A stretch of DNA of 64,000 bases. It comes from the human T2T-CHM13v2.0 reference genome, Homo sapiens. A program made the position numbers and the translations under genes. The number at the start of each line of letters is the position of its first letter. Position 1 is the first letter of the stretch. Shown piece by piece: positions 1 to 12,785 of the stretch. The notes beneath the pieces were generated by a model. The model had not been told where the DNA came from. It ran no database searches and was given only the letters and a program-made list of their open reading frames with translations. The stretch lies in assembly GCF_009914755.1 (NCBI RefSeq), contig NC_060925.1; one strand, written 5' to 3'.

Positions 1-174
1 GGTAGCTGGCTTCTCATTTCCACCTCATCACCTTGGACCTTGAGAAGCAGAGGGCCATGAATGTCTCTTTTTTGTGGCTTCCAGGCACCTCTCCATCACT
101 GTGGTGGGGCAGCTCAGTGTTCACAGGGGGCGCTCCTCTCCCATTCACCTATTTTGCTTTTCTTCCATAGGTGT

Positions 175-542
175 TGTATTAGTCCATTTTCAACCTGCTG
201 ATAAAGACACACTGGATACTGGGCAATTTGCAAAAGAAAAAAAAAAAAAAGAGGTTTAATGGACTCACAGTTCCATGTGGCTGGGGAGGCCTCACAATCA
301 TGGTGGAAGGTGAAAGGCATGTTTTACATGGTGGCAAACAAAAGTGAGAGCCAAGCAAAAGAGGCTTCCCTTTATAAAGCCATCAGATCTCATGAGACTT
401 ATCCACTACCATCAGAACAGTGTGGGGGAAACCACCTTCAAGATTCAATTATCTCACACTGGGTCCCTCCCATAACATGAAGGAATTATGGGAGCTACAA
501 TTGAAGATGAGATTTCGGTGGGGACACAGCCAAACTATATCA
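175..542 (-). mobile_element. Solo THE1 LTR (THE1C-like, ERVL-MaLR)
   Basis: TGTATTAGTCCATTTT...GGGGACACAGCCAAACTATATCA is the reverse complement of a THE1 LTR; perfect 5-bp TSD GGTGT at 170-174 and 543-547. Confidence 0.92.
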
Positions 543-817
543 GGTGTGAAGGGTGAGGGTCTAAGAAGACACAATTTGGAGAGTCCAAGGAGCCCCACTC
601 TCATTCCTACAGTGGAACATGCAAAATCCTCTTCCAGCTGTGATGTAATGCTGTCTCTACCTCCCCATGTCTTCTGTTACAATGTGAGTTTCCTGGAGGC
701 ACCTAGGTAATGTTATACTCACAGGGGATATCCAATAAAGAAACAAATCCTACCTCAGGGACAAGTAGGAGGTGGAGAGTCTCCCCAAACACTTCACCTT
801 GAGAAACAGAATGCTCC

Positions 818-1017
818 CAGGGTGGCTAAGACCAGCTCACATTAGCTGGTGAGAACCCCTGACAAGCATCTCTTTCCAACTCTGTGTTGAGTGATGTTAT
901 GCCAGTAGCTTGGAATTAGCCATTGTGGGAGTATTCACACAAGGTAATCAAGTAAACACTACAAATAAGTCCCTATCCCCCCCAGAGAGCTGGTTACAAA
1001 ACACTTATTACCACACT
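818..1017. mobile_element. MER63-like hAT DNA transposon remnant
   Basis: GTAGCTTGGAATTAGCCATTGTGGGAGTATTCACAC and terminal CCACACTG resemble the MER63 consensus as recalled. Confidence 0.5.
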
Positions 1018-1829
1018 GCTGTAGACTTGTCTCCACTTCCTTGTTATCCCTGAGTGCTTTTCCTTGGAAGCAACCAATAGTACACTGATGCTGGAAAAGG
1101 CCACTGCTAACTTGAAGTGCATGGCAGAGATTGGACTTAGGTATCTACAAGGACTTTTCCAACTGGAGAGTGTTTATAGGTGAGAAGATGTGAAAGCTGG
1201 GGCTCTTTACCTTCCCTGACAATTCTGGTGCTCATCTCCAAGGCTTTCAGGGATCTCATAATCAGGGTGAGGGTAGGCAGGAGTGTGAGTTCCCAGTCAT
1301 AGTCGAATTGAATGGCAAGACTGTGCAGACATTCCACAGCATACTTTAAAATGTCTAGAGAATGTGTTTAAGCATTGTAATATTTTACAATTTTTCGAGT
1401 GTGCCTGAAGGGAAGCCACAGATCACAAGTTATCCATCTTCGCACCCCATTACCTGGCTTAAAAATCAAAAATGTGGTAAATGAGTCTTGGGTGGATCTG
1501 TCAACAAGGCATAATAAAGATTGATGCTTTGTAGAGGTTTCATCTCAGAATGCAAATGTTGTCCTATGAATCCAAAGTATGATTATAGTGGGTAAAAAAA
1601 GAAAGAAAGAAAAAAAATCAATGCACAGTGCTAGATCGTCCAGGTAGCACCGGTCTCTGTGTCAGAAATCAAGAGGTTAGTCTATGGGGGTCTCTGAGAT
1701 CCCCAGCAGGGCCAGTCCATGGGGCCTTTTGAGCCCCAAAACTGCTAGGGTAACGTGGTCTCTCAAATATTTCTGCTTCCTATTGACATGGGTTCTACTA
1801 TAGTCACACTTTGCAATAAGCTGTAATTC

Positions 1830-1990
1830 ATCTATTTTATTCAACAAATACTTATTGATCACCTACTCTTTGCCTACATCTTGTGCTGGCTGTTTCTATA
1901 GCAATGATCTTACTTAAAACATTAAACACCTCCATGAAGTGGGTTCCATTACACCCTTCTCAAGTCTATGAGACAGAGGCTTTGAGATCA
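1830..1990 (-). mobile_element. MIR/L2 tail fragment
   Basis: ATTCAACAAATACTTATTGATCACCTACT...GAGACAGAGGCT, antisense MIR/L2 core motifs. Confidence 0.5.
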
Positions 1991-2859
1991 GAAGGTGCTG
2001 ATGACCTCCTTTCTCTCCCCACAACACTCTTGCTTCACACATCAGCTTCCAGCACACTTTTCCTTTTATACCCCCAAATACCTAGTTTCTTCCTGCCTCA
2101 GGACTTTGGGATGTGCTGTCCTTTCCTTGGAAGTCTTCTCTCCTTGGGATAACTGGCTCTGAGCAAAGCATTCACCTACTTCAGGTGACTCCATCCCATA
2201 TTTGACATTCCCCATTGTACTTACTTCTTGAACCCGCCCTCCATAGCATGAACCCTCCCTGACTCTCCCCTGCAAAGGGGAGCTAACGAGACCACCTGTG
2301 ACCCCGACAATTTCCACCATTCTCTCTATTTTATTTGTGTGCATTTTATCCTTATTACAGTGTTGTCACCGTACCATGAGTCTTTAACTGTTAGGGCAAC
2401 TGGGAGTAGTTTCTGTCTCAGGATTACGAGGTCCTTGAGGCTGTTTAAATAAATTTATGATCTGTTTGATTTGCCTCACTTACATGTTACCATGGGTTTA
2501 CCCTCCTTAACTGTTTATTCCTCTATAAGATCATGGGGGCCTGAGTCTATTCCCCTAAATCAAGTGACTACATACATTCTATTTCTACTAACAAACCCTA
2601 ATAATTTACCTTCCCATCTAGGAAAATAGATTTTTCCTCTGATTAATATTGCCAGCTCAACAATGGGAAGATTTTCTCTTGGGGTCCCTAAGTTCTGTGA
2701 TACTGTCCTCCCCTCCCCCTGGAAAACCGGCTGCTTCACTGAAGTTGTTGAGGCCCTAATGTCCAGTTTTCTTAGATGATGACCTCAGAATTGATGGGTA
2801 AAGAGTGAAAAATGGGAGTTGTCCTACATTTCAAGAATAGAAAGACACACAACCATAAA

Positions 2860-3222
2860 AAAAGACAGTTTATAAACAACAGAGGTTTATTTGGCTCATG
2901 GTTCTGAAGGCTGTGAAGTCCAAGATTGAGGGGCTTCATCTGCTGAGGGCCTTCTTGCTGTGTCATTATATGGCAGAAGGCATCACATAATTAGAGAGCA
3001 TGTGCAAGAGAGAGGAAGAGGGGGATTCATTCACTTTTCTAACAAATCCAAACCATTTCTGTGATAACAAACTCACTTCTGTGATCGTGACCTTAATCCA
3101 TTCATGGGTCATAGAGCCCTGATGACCTAATCATCCCTTAAAAGTCCCACCTCTCAATACTGCTGCATTGAGGATTAAGCTTCCAACACATGAACTTTGG
3201 GGGACATGTTCAAATCCTAGCA
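2860..3222 (-). mobile_element. MST (MSTC/MSTD-like) MaLR LTR
   Basis: TTTATTTGGCTCATGGTTCTG...GTCCAAGATTGAGGGGC...CCAACACATGAACTTTGGGGGACATGTTCAAATCCTAGCA. Confidence 0.8.
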
Positions 3223-3239
3223 AGAGAAAACAGAAATGG

Positions 3240-3810
3240 AGGAAACTTGAATAGAGAGTTCACAGAAGATTGACAAATGGCACATAGGGACATGTAGAGG
3301 CACAATGTCATTAGTCATAAAAGATTCAAATTAAAGCCACAATGAAGTATTAAAACCATAAGGACACATACAAAATTAGCTTTTAAAACCCAGAAATACT
3401 AAATGTTGGCAAGAAACTGGATCACCCAGAACTCAGCTATGTTGGCTGCTGAGAAGGTAAAATGGTACAAGCACTTGGGAAAACTCTTAGGGTCTCCTAA
3501 AACTAATATACACCTACCCTATGATTCAGCAGTTCCCCTTCTGGTATGTATCTAAGGGAAATGAAAATATGTGTTTAAAAATTGCAACCTGTATATAAAT
3601 GTTCACAGTAGCCTAATTCATAAGATTCTCAAACCGGAAAAAATCCAAATGCCCACCTACAAGAGAATGGACAAGTTACAAGTTTATGCAAAAGAATACT
3701 ACTCAACACTGACAGGAATGAACTACTCATACATGCAACCTAGATGATTCTCACAGGTATTAAGCTGAGCAAAATGAAGATACCAGAGAATACATGCTCT
3801 GTGCTTCCCT
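3240..3810 (+). mobile_element. Old L1M fragment (ORF2 end/3' UTR)
   Basis: Degenerate L1 motifs CACCTACCCTATGATTCAGCAGTTCCCCTTCTGG, ATGTTCACAGTAGC, CCAAATGCCCA, GAATGAACTACT. Confidence 0.7.
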
Positions 3811-3989
3811 GGCAGGGCTAATCAGGGTTTCTAGCTACTACTTTCTCTTAAGAATAATGTGTAAAATGCAGAAGACGCCATTGATTTGTAGAGAGCACAT
3901 TATTTTAGTGCACTTTCTGTAGCCTAAACTATTGGCCCAATTCTTTACCTCTCTGCCTCTTGTGCCTTTTGGCTTTGCCATTTCTTCTA

Positions 3990-4069
3990 TTAGGTTGGTG
4001 CAAAAGTAATTGTGGGTTTTAGCATTTAAAGTAATACCAAAAACCACAACTACTTTTGCACCAACCTAA
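3990..4069. mobile_element. MADE1 mariner-derived MITE
   Basis: 80-bp element with terminal inverted repeats TTAGGTTGGTGCAAAAGTA...TACTTTTGCACCAACCTAA, flanked by TA dinucleotides (3988-89, 4070-71). Confidence 0.93.
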
Positions 4070-4084
4070 TAGTAAAAGCAGAGG

Positions 4085-4433
4085 ATAATATTCCTTGTCT
4101 TTGGGTTTGTCATGTGACTCTCTTTGGCCATGGGAACATAGGCAAAAATGACTTGTGCCCCTTCTGAGCCCCGGCCTTGAGAGGTCTTCATGCTTGCATT
4201 TGCCACTGCAGTGAGAAGAGCTTTCCGTAGATAACTGCTGCCCCCACAGTCTGTGCCCCAGGATGAACACACACAAGGTGGACTGGATCCCAGTACAGCT
4301 AAGAGTCAAGGCCAAGGAAATGACCCCAGAGCTCAGCCTAGCTGACTTAGAAATGTGAGAGGAACCAGTGCTCATTGTTGTATACCTTTGGATTTTGTGA
4401 GTGCTTGTTACTCAGTAATAGCTGACTAATACA
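4085..4433 (+). mobile_element. MLT1 (J/H-like) LTR
   Basis: CATGTGACTCTCTTTGGCCA...TGCTTGTTACTCAGTAATAGCTGACTAATACA MaLR 3' terminus. Confidence 0.65.
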
Positions 4434-4964
4434 GTCTCCCTTCCATTCTACTACTCTTGAGTCTTCACCCCTAAGTCATTACCTAAGTAATATTCTTTCT
4501 TCCACTCTTTCCCAGTTATTATTAACATCATCATGTCCCAAATGGATCTGGTCACATCCCATACCATGAGACCACCTGAGTAACTGCACAACTTATATTC
4601 CTTACCCAATTAGAACCAGCCCAGGTGCTCCAACCTGACACTCAGAACTCCACCACAGCACTCCAACAGTTGACTTGTCATCCCTGTGTCCCAACCACAT
4701 GGGATGATTCCCTGTCTCCTGTACTCACTCACACACCCTTCTGCACTCTTCTCACCCTGATGTCTTTCCCTACAGTGACGGCCAGTGCTCATCCACATAT
4801 CTCACACATACCTTTTCTGCTGTGCACAGTTCAAGTGCCTCCTGTACCATACAAGTTTCTCTGATTTATCTCTGCTGAGCGATTTCTCTGGACACAATGA
4901 CAGTATGACAAGATCATGGCAGCTACTCATTACAGAGCACCTACTACATATTAATACAATTTAC

Positions 4965-5291
4965 GGCTGCCGGGCACGGTGGCTCACGCCTGTAATCTGA
5001 GCACTTTGGGAGGCTGAGGTGGGTGGATCACGAGGTCAGGAGATCGAGACCATCCTGGCTAACACAGTGAAACCCTGTCTCTACTAAAAAATACAAAAAA
5101 TACAAAAATTGGTGGGTGCCTCTAGTCCCAGCTACTTGGGAGGCTGAGACAGGAGAATGGCGTGAACCCAGGAGTCAGAGCTTGCAGTGAGCGGAGATCG
5201 TGCCATTACACTCCAGCCTGGGCAACAGAGTGAGACTCCATCTGAAAAAAATACATAAATAAAATAAAAATAAATTTAAATTTAAAAAAAG
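4965..5291 (+). mobile_element. AluY-like SINE
   Basis: GAGATCGAGACCATCCTGGCTAACAC and GAATGGCGTGAACCC diagnostic motifs; A-rich tail; TSD TAATACAATTTAC at 4952-4964 and 5292-5304. Confidence 0.95.
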
Positions 5292-5412
5292 TAATACAAT
5301 TTACCAGCCATCTAGATAAAATTTTAATTTACTTCTCACGGGAGGGGAAAGTGCATTTCAAAAGCATTTACCTGAATACGCATCAAAAGGTTACCACCCA
5401 CTCCCCACCTCC

Positions 5413-5855
5413 CCATCAATGAATGAATGGATAAAGGAATTGTGGAATATCAGTTCTGGGTTGAACTACAACAATACAATGGAATGTTATTTAGCCTTAA
5501 AAATAAAAAGAAATTCTGGCACATGCTATGATATGGATGAATCTCAGGGACATTTTGGCATGTGAAATGAGTCAATCACAAAAGAACAAACACCATATGA
5601 TTCTGCTCATATGAAGGACCTAGAGTCATCAAATTCATACAGACAGTAAGATGCTGAGTGCCCTTAGGGAGAGAGAGAATGGGAGTTAGTGTTTATTGGA
5701 TACAATGTTTCAGTTTAGGGAGACAAAAAATTTCTGGGAATGGATAGTGGTGATGGTTGCACAGCAATGTGAATGCACCCAATGCCATGAAATGGTCAAC
5801 TTAAAAATGGTCAATATGGTACATTATATGTTATATACATTTTACCACAATAAAA
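5413..5855 (+). mobile_element. L1MB-like 3' end
   Basis: CCATCAATGAATGAATGGATAAA...GATAGTGGTGATGGTTGCACAGCAATGTGAATG...TTTTACCACAATAAAA. Confidence 0.85.
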
Positions 5856-5873
5856 GTAGGCATTTATTTTTCA

Positions 5874-6183
<310 letters not shown>

Positions 6184-7824
6184 TCACAGTCAGGCACTCA
6201 GGCATAGACCCAAACCTACCCAACTCTAAAGCCCTTGACTTTTTATGTTGTCCGTGTCTCCTGTTAGAATTCCTGTCACCCCTACTCAAGTGTAGCATCA
6301 GTGAGGTTAGGTGTACTTCTGATCCATCTTTGATGCTCCAAGTACCTTAGAGAAAATATGTGGGAAAAAGGAAAGGAGGAAGAAGGGAGGAAAGAAAGAC
6401 TCCTTGTGTGATGGGCACAAAAGGGGGCATTCAAGGGCTTACTGTGGAGGTGGTGGCAGTGAGTGGGGTACACAGTGCTGTGAAGCTGGATTTGGGAAAC
6501 AAGAGGAGCCATCTGGAATAGTGAGATTAAGAAGCAGAATCCAAAGGATTTTGTTTTGTTTCGCTTGTAAACAGTTCTGGGTTAAACTAAAACACCTGGC
6601 TGCTATGTCTCACTTCCCAGTCATGACCAGCAGCACTCTGCATACCCGCTTCCTCCTCCAGCAGCTAGCAAAAGCCGGAGCCTGTGATTTATAAGGACGT
6701 GGTGTTTAGTGAGGCTGGAGGTGCAGAAAGCTGCACTTGAACTATTCACAGAGAGAGGGAAAGCCCAGCAGTGGGGGGTAGAGATGGCAACCAGAGTTTT
6801 GGCCATCAATGTTAGTTAAATTTAATAGTGGGGTCTTATTGACTATAAGAGTCTTAATTATCAGGAAGAATGACCCTGTCTGTTAACAGCAGAAAAATGA
6901 CCAAAACTGAAACCACATAAACTTAAATTGTTTGCTTGTCCTTTTATAAGTAAGATTAATTGGCTAAATGGGGCCTATAGGTTAGAGAGGATAAGTGGTA
7001 GACTTTTTCCGACAATTGCCTTCTTCACGCTGCCAGGCTATGCTCTGGAGGTTTGATGGGAGAACATTCATCAAACAGTGTTATTGTTATTATGTTTTTA
7101 CGTGTCTCTTCTCCGAATTTCTCCCACCTCAGTACTTTTTCTGCAGGAGGTAGCAGGTCTGCAGGCTGTCAGAATTGAATGTGCTGAGGAGGTGGGTGCT
7201 AGCGAAGTCTCTCTAGGAAGACAGCACAGGCGTGCGCAGACACACACACACACACACACACTCCCACCCACATCGGCCACAATGACAGATGCTTGGGTGG
7301 ACGTAACATCGCTAAGCCACCTTGCTTTGAATGTCTCAGTAAGTGAGGAAGAAGGCAAACTCATTTCACTGGCTGATTTCTTTTTAAAAGAAAGGCTGTT
7401 TTCCGCTGTTAATGACCTACCACTTAATTGCCTTTGTTCTTGAATGAGCTTTGTTGGTAGATGGATTTCCTGTTCCCAACTCCATTCCTTTTCCTGGTTT
7501 CAAACATATCTCCACCTATGCCCAGATTAGGGACATGGATGTGGAGTCTGTGTCTGCAAGCAGGCCCCCCGCCCAGAGCCTTGGCTCACAATAATCCTGC
7601 ACATCTGGGACCACAGGCCATTCCTCCACCTCAGGAAGAACCTGCCAATGGCCACCATGCTGAGCAAGCGGCAGATAAAAAAACAGACAAACCGGAGAGC
7701 ACGGCACTCAGAACGGAACAGGGGACTTTGCAGTCCCCAGGAGCTGGGGAGAAGCTGTCTCAGCGCTGCTGGCCAGTGACAGATTCATGTTTTCTGTTTC
7801 TGCTCTGCCCCACAGAACACCAGG

Positions 7825-8521
7825 TGTTAGGGCTGAATCGCACACCTTCCACTCCCCAACCAAATTCACATATTCAAGTCCTACCTCCGGTACCTAAAAA
7901 TGTGGCTGTGTTTGAAGACAGTGCCTTTAAAGAGGTGGTTAAGTTAGAACGAGGCTGTTAGCGTGGGCCCTAATCCAATAGGACTGGTATCCTTATAAAA
8001 AGAGGAGTCTTAAGGCCAGGCACAGTGGCTTACACCTGTAATCCCAGCACTTTGAGAGGCCGAGGTGGGTGGATCATGAGGTCAGGAGTTCAAGAACAGC
8101 CTGGCCAAGATGGTGAAACCCAGACTCTACTAAAAATACAAAACTTAGCCAGGAGTGGCGGCGGGTGTCTGCAATCCCAGCTACTTGGGAGGCTGAGGCA
8201 GAGAATTGCTTGAACCGGGGAGGCAAATGTTGCAGTGAGCAGAAATCATGCCACTGTACTCCAGCCTAGGTGACAGAGCAAGACTCCATCTCAAAAAAAA
8301 AAAAAAAAAAGAGGAGTCTTAGATGTAGACATGAGATAGGAAGATGTGAAGACCCAGGGAGAAAATCTACCAGCCCAAGAGAGATGCCTCAGAGAGAACC
8401 ACCCCTGCAGACACCTTGATCTCAGACTTCCACCCTCCAGAGCTGGGAGACAATGTGTTTCTGCTGTTTAAATGACCCAGTCTGCAGTATTTTGTTACGG
8501 GAGCCTAAGCTGACTAATATA
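7825..8521 (+). mobile_element. MLT1A/B-like LTR interrupted by an Alu
   Basis: TGTTAGGGCTGAAT...GGGCCCTAATCCAATAGGACTGGTATCCTTATAAAA [Alu] ...CTAAGCTGACTAATATA. Confidence 0.8.
8014..8310 (+). mobile_element. AluS (Sg-like)
   Basis: Full Alu, poly-A, TSD GAGGAGTCTTA on both sides. Confidence 0.95.
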
Positions 8522-9519
8522 TCACATGTCTTCTGGTCTCTGCAGGTTTTGTAAACCATAGGTTCTGGGTCCAGGAATGGGGAGGACGCTGGTGGCTCCC
8601 ACCTGGATTTCATGCCGCAAGGGCTTTCTGCTCTGGCCTTAACTCACATGGCATTTTTAAGGCATGGCAAATGTTCTTGCCTTTAAATGGCAGCATTATA
8701 TTTCAAAGGAAAATGTAATAAAGCATGCTTTTGCAGCCTCATGGAAACGTGTGCTATGCAAACATGGACGATCCTCATCTGAAAGTAATTCTCTCCCAAC
8801 TCCTCAGGCCACCAAGGGAATGAAATCAAAAGATGGGCAGCGGTTCCTAGCTCATCATTTGTCAAAGCGAGACGAAGCTCAAAGCTTCAGACTTTTGTGT
8901 CCTGCGCTAAATTTAGCTAATCGCACCTCTGCGTTCTGTTCGCCATCCAGGACCCCTGCCATCCCCGGGAAGGACTATCGGCAGTGACAGCAATAATGAC
9001 ACTTTGTGCTTTCGGTTCCTCGCCTTGGATGGCTTTCAAAGGCCTCTGCCACCCTGACGTTCCCCATGTCTGTGACACCCAGCCAAGCAGGCACAGGAGG
9101 AGGACTCTGTGCTGGCTTCACAGAAGCAGGAGGGAGAGGCGGGAAGAGGCACACTTGTCCACACACTAAACACACAGTGAGGACACAGGCTGTGCTCAGC
9201 ACTGTCTTCCCTCCAGGCCACGCCATGGCCACAGGGCGAGCTGCCACCTTCATGGAGAAATGGTCTCTGTGTCCATCCACTTCCTCGGTCTCTGGTGACT
9301 CAGGACATTGCCTAAGTGTAGGCTTCTGTCCCATCACCAAAAGTCATGCAGGAGCAGAATGCAGGGGATGCCCAGGATCTCCAGTGATTCTGCCCTGTGG
9401 ACATCTTCTGGGAGCACGTGCTTGGCTGGAACAGTTGACTGCAGAGACACAGAGGAAATGGAGCTGCCCTAAAACCCCAAATGGCTGTTTCTTGGCTGAG
9501 TGAAGTGAAGCAAAGTGAC

Positions 9520-9883
9520 TGCTATGGCTTGGCTCTGTGTCCCCACCCAAGTCTCATCTTGAATTGTAATCCCCAGGTGTTAAGGGAGGGACCTGGTGGA
9601 GGTGATTGGACCATGGGGACAGTTTCTCCCATGCTGTTCTCATAATAGTGAGTGCATTCTCACAAGAGCTGATTGTTTTATAAATGGCAGTTTCCTCTGG
9701 GCTTCTCTCTCCTGCCATCTTGTGAAAACTGTCCTTGCTTCCTCTTTGCTTTCCACCATGACTGTAAGTTTCCTGAGGCCTCCCCAGCCATCCGGAACTG
9801 TGAGTCAATTACACCTCTTTTGCTTTATAAATTACCGAGTCTCAGGTAGTCTCTTTATAGCAGTGTGGGAACAGACTAATACA
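9520..9883 (+). mobile_element. Solo MSTA/THE1D-like LTR
   Basis: TGCTATGGCTTGGCTCTGTGTCCCCACCCAAG...AACAGACTAATACA; TSD GTGAC/GTAAC. Confidence 0.9.
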
Positions 9884-11171
9884 GTAACTCAAAGTAGTTA
9901 CATTAGTTTTGGATGGGAGAGGGACAGGGGTCCCTTCTCTCCTGATTTTCCTTCCATGACAGTAACATCCAGGCCACTCTCCCCACCTCACTCTCTTCTC
10001 CCCTAGAGAGGTATGCAATACCCGAGCTATGCGTTGCGAAGGAGAAGCTGGGACAAGAGGGCAGACCCTTCTTCTCCCCCTCTTCTTCCTCTTGAGAGCA
10101 CGCACTTTGCTCTGATCTGCTCCCTTGTGTCACAGATTTCCTGGGTCTGCACAGCCCCGGTTGCTCCATGAGGCTGAGCACGTGAAGCTGCTCCCTGCAG
10201 GTGGAAGTGACATTCTACAACATCAACTCTGTCTTGATCTCAACATCATTTTTTAATCCATTACTTTTTTTTATCATTTCTCAAATGGTTTATAACACAG
10301 GCAGAGGAGAAATATGATATTTGATGTCCCCCTCCCACCTTGCCCCCTGTGTGTCTCAACATCTATTAGGCAGAGTTAAATGTGGATCTGAGTTATGGTT
10401 CCAGATATGTTTAACTATTTGTGTGTTTGCAATAATTCTGCAAAGAAAGATTTTTACGGCATTGAAATATAAACCAAAGAGTGGAACTCTCCAGGGGGTT
10501 GTGGGGGTTGTGAGTTGAGGTCTCTGGGCTGCAGTTTGTCCCAGGCCCACACTGTAGGAACACACACAGAGAATGCCCTGTAAGGGGAGTGGTGCCATTT
10601 GCTCTCTGCTTGTGGGGTCTTGGGAAGAGGGGGAATACCTGAAAGGGCCTATGTTTCAATTCATCCATTGAGAGCTGTCTCTCCAGGGACCCTACCAGCT
10701 CCCAGCTCATGGAAAAGCTGAGGTGAGCTGGTCCTGGAGCCCAGGTGGTTAGCATGGCCTAGGGACTTCCAGCCCATCCTGCAGGTGTGCATTACAGAGG
10801 GGCAATTCTATCTGTCCACCCCCTCACTCCTTCTCTTGGCCTTCTGTGGGCCCATGAATGGTTCTGGGCATGTAAGGATGAATGAGGCCCTGTTTCCATC
10901 CTCAAGACACTCAGGGACTCCTGCAGGAGAGAAAATGCACATAAAACCAGTATGGTCGTTATTCTATAGCTGCCCAGAAGTTCTCAAAACACAGAACAGT
11001 TCCCAACCTGGCCTCTTCTGCTGTTCCTCCAGCACTCCCACTCTGGCCACACTGGTGTCCTCCACCCTACTCGGAAGAGGTCACATGTCCCGCCCCACAG
11101 ATGGCCACCAGGCAGCTCCCTCCCCTTTGTCCGGTCTTTCACTGGATGCTCTCTTCTCAAAGACCAGTCAT

Positions 11172-11525
11172 TGCATTAGTTGGCTTGGGTTGCTAGAATA
11201 AAGCACCACAGACTAAGTGCCTTCAACAGCTGGAATTGATTATCTCGTGGTTCTTCAGGCTGGAAGTCCAAGACCAAGGTGTAGGCAGAGTCAGTTTCTT
11301 CTGAGCCCTCCCTTCTTAGCTTGTAGATGCTTTCCTCTCCCTGCATCCTCCCATGATCATTCCTGTGTGTGTGTCTGTGTCCTCATTTCACCAGTTGGAT
11401 TGGATTAGAATCCACACTAATGACCCCAATTGACTCTCAGAAGACTCTATTTCCAAATACAGTCACATTTGGGGTTTGGAGCTTCAGCATTTGAATTCAA
11501 GGGGGACACAATTCAGTGGAGAGCA
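11172..11525 (-). mobile_element. MLT1 LTR
   Basis: CACCACAGACTAAGTGCCTT...GGCTGGAAGTCCAAGACCAAGGTG...GGGGACACAATTCAG. Confidence 0.8.
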
Positions 11526-11639
11526 ACCACTCAGGAACAGATAAGGCAGCCCCGGCCCCAGCATCCCAGCCACTCACCCTCCTCACTCTGCCTCCCAGGT
11601 ATCACCCCCTACCCGCACCCCCATGTAAGACCCTCTCGT

Positions 11640-11792
11640 TTGTGTGGACTGTTCACTGTCTCTCTCCCCATACTGGTTTGTAAGCTCCAAGAGGGCAGAG
11701 GTTTCCAGCAGTTTTGTTTCAAGATTCCCTGAGACCATCAACAGGGCCTGGCAGATGGCTGGTGCTTAAGGAATGGGAGTAAAATGCATGGA
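11640..11792 (+). mobile_element. L2 3' end fragment
   Basis: TGTAAGCTCCAAGAGGGCAGAGG...AACAGGGCCTGGCAGATGGCTGGTGCTTAAG resembles the L2 3' terminus. Confidence 0.55.
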
Positions 11793-12785
11793 TCCTGCAT
11801 GGACAGGGAGAGGCAGGGCTGGCCCGGTGGTAGCTCAGAAGACGGGTCTCAGGCTCCTAGTCCTCAGGTGCCCAGGAGACACTGGCAGGAAGGATTGTGA
11901 GCCTCCAGGCTGAGCCAATGGCCTGGCTGTGGGGCATGGGTGGCTTATGAGCTGGGGAATGGGGAAGGGGCTGGAGATGAGGCAGGGTCCTAGGAAGCTT
12001 GGGAGACAATCCCTCCTCCAACCACAAAAGCTACAGCTGCTCCCTCTCATGGAATTTCTTTTCAGTCTGAAATGAAGACCCCTTAGAAAGGATAAAGACA
12101 GGAGCAGGGGTGCAGAGGAGACACTTATGTGACAGACAGGCCTCACTTTGGAAGGTCCAAGGGCCATCCCCTGATCGCCCAAAGGCTGCAGATGCCAAAT
12201 GTCATGGTCAGGCTTGGTCACTGAGCTCTGGTCTGACTCTCCTCCTGTAGAAGGTGGCATGTTACCAAGGAATGAACCCCTTCCTTCACAGCAGCCACAA
12301 CAGCAATCTCGCTCTGCAAGCTTGCACTTTGCGAACACCAGTTCTTAATGCCTCTGCAGGCCTGGGGGCTGTTTGCTCCCAGGCTCCCCCTACCCCCGTC
12401 TCACATAGACTGGGCCCACGTTCCCGGCAGATGCACTATTACTTGTGCAGCTCTTAGTTCCATACCATTCCTCCTGTATCCCTCAGCATCCAGGGGAACT
12501 TTCTTGGTCAATGCTGCCTGCCTCTGACAGTTATTTCCCAAAGAGTGGGAGCTGAGGCATTGTGGAAATCTGGGTGAATTCCCTTCACTACCAAGTCCTG
12601 CTCATGCCATCAACTTTGGGTTTCCCTGCAGTGGTATCTTAACAGACACCATTGTCCCTTTGCAGAGAACAGCCAACCCGGATTTCACATCCTGAATTAA
12701 CTGTGGTGTAATGAAAAGAAACAGAACAGGAGTCCAAAGGCCTGAGAGTAATCCTGCCACATAGTACAATACTTGCTAACTATGT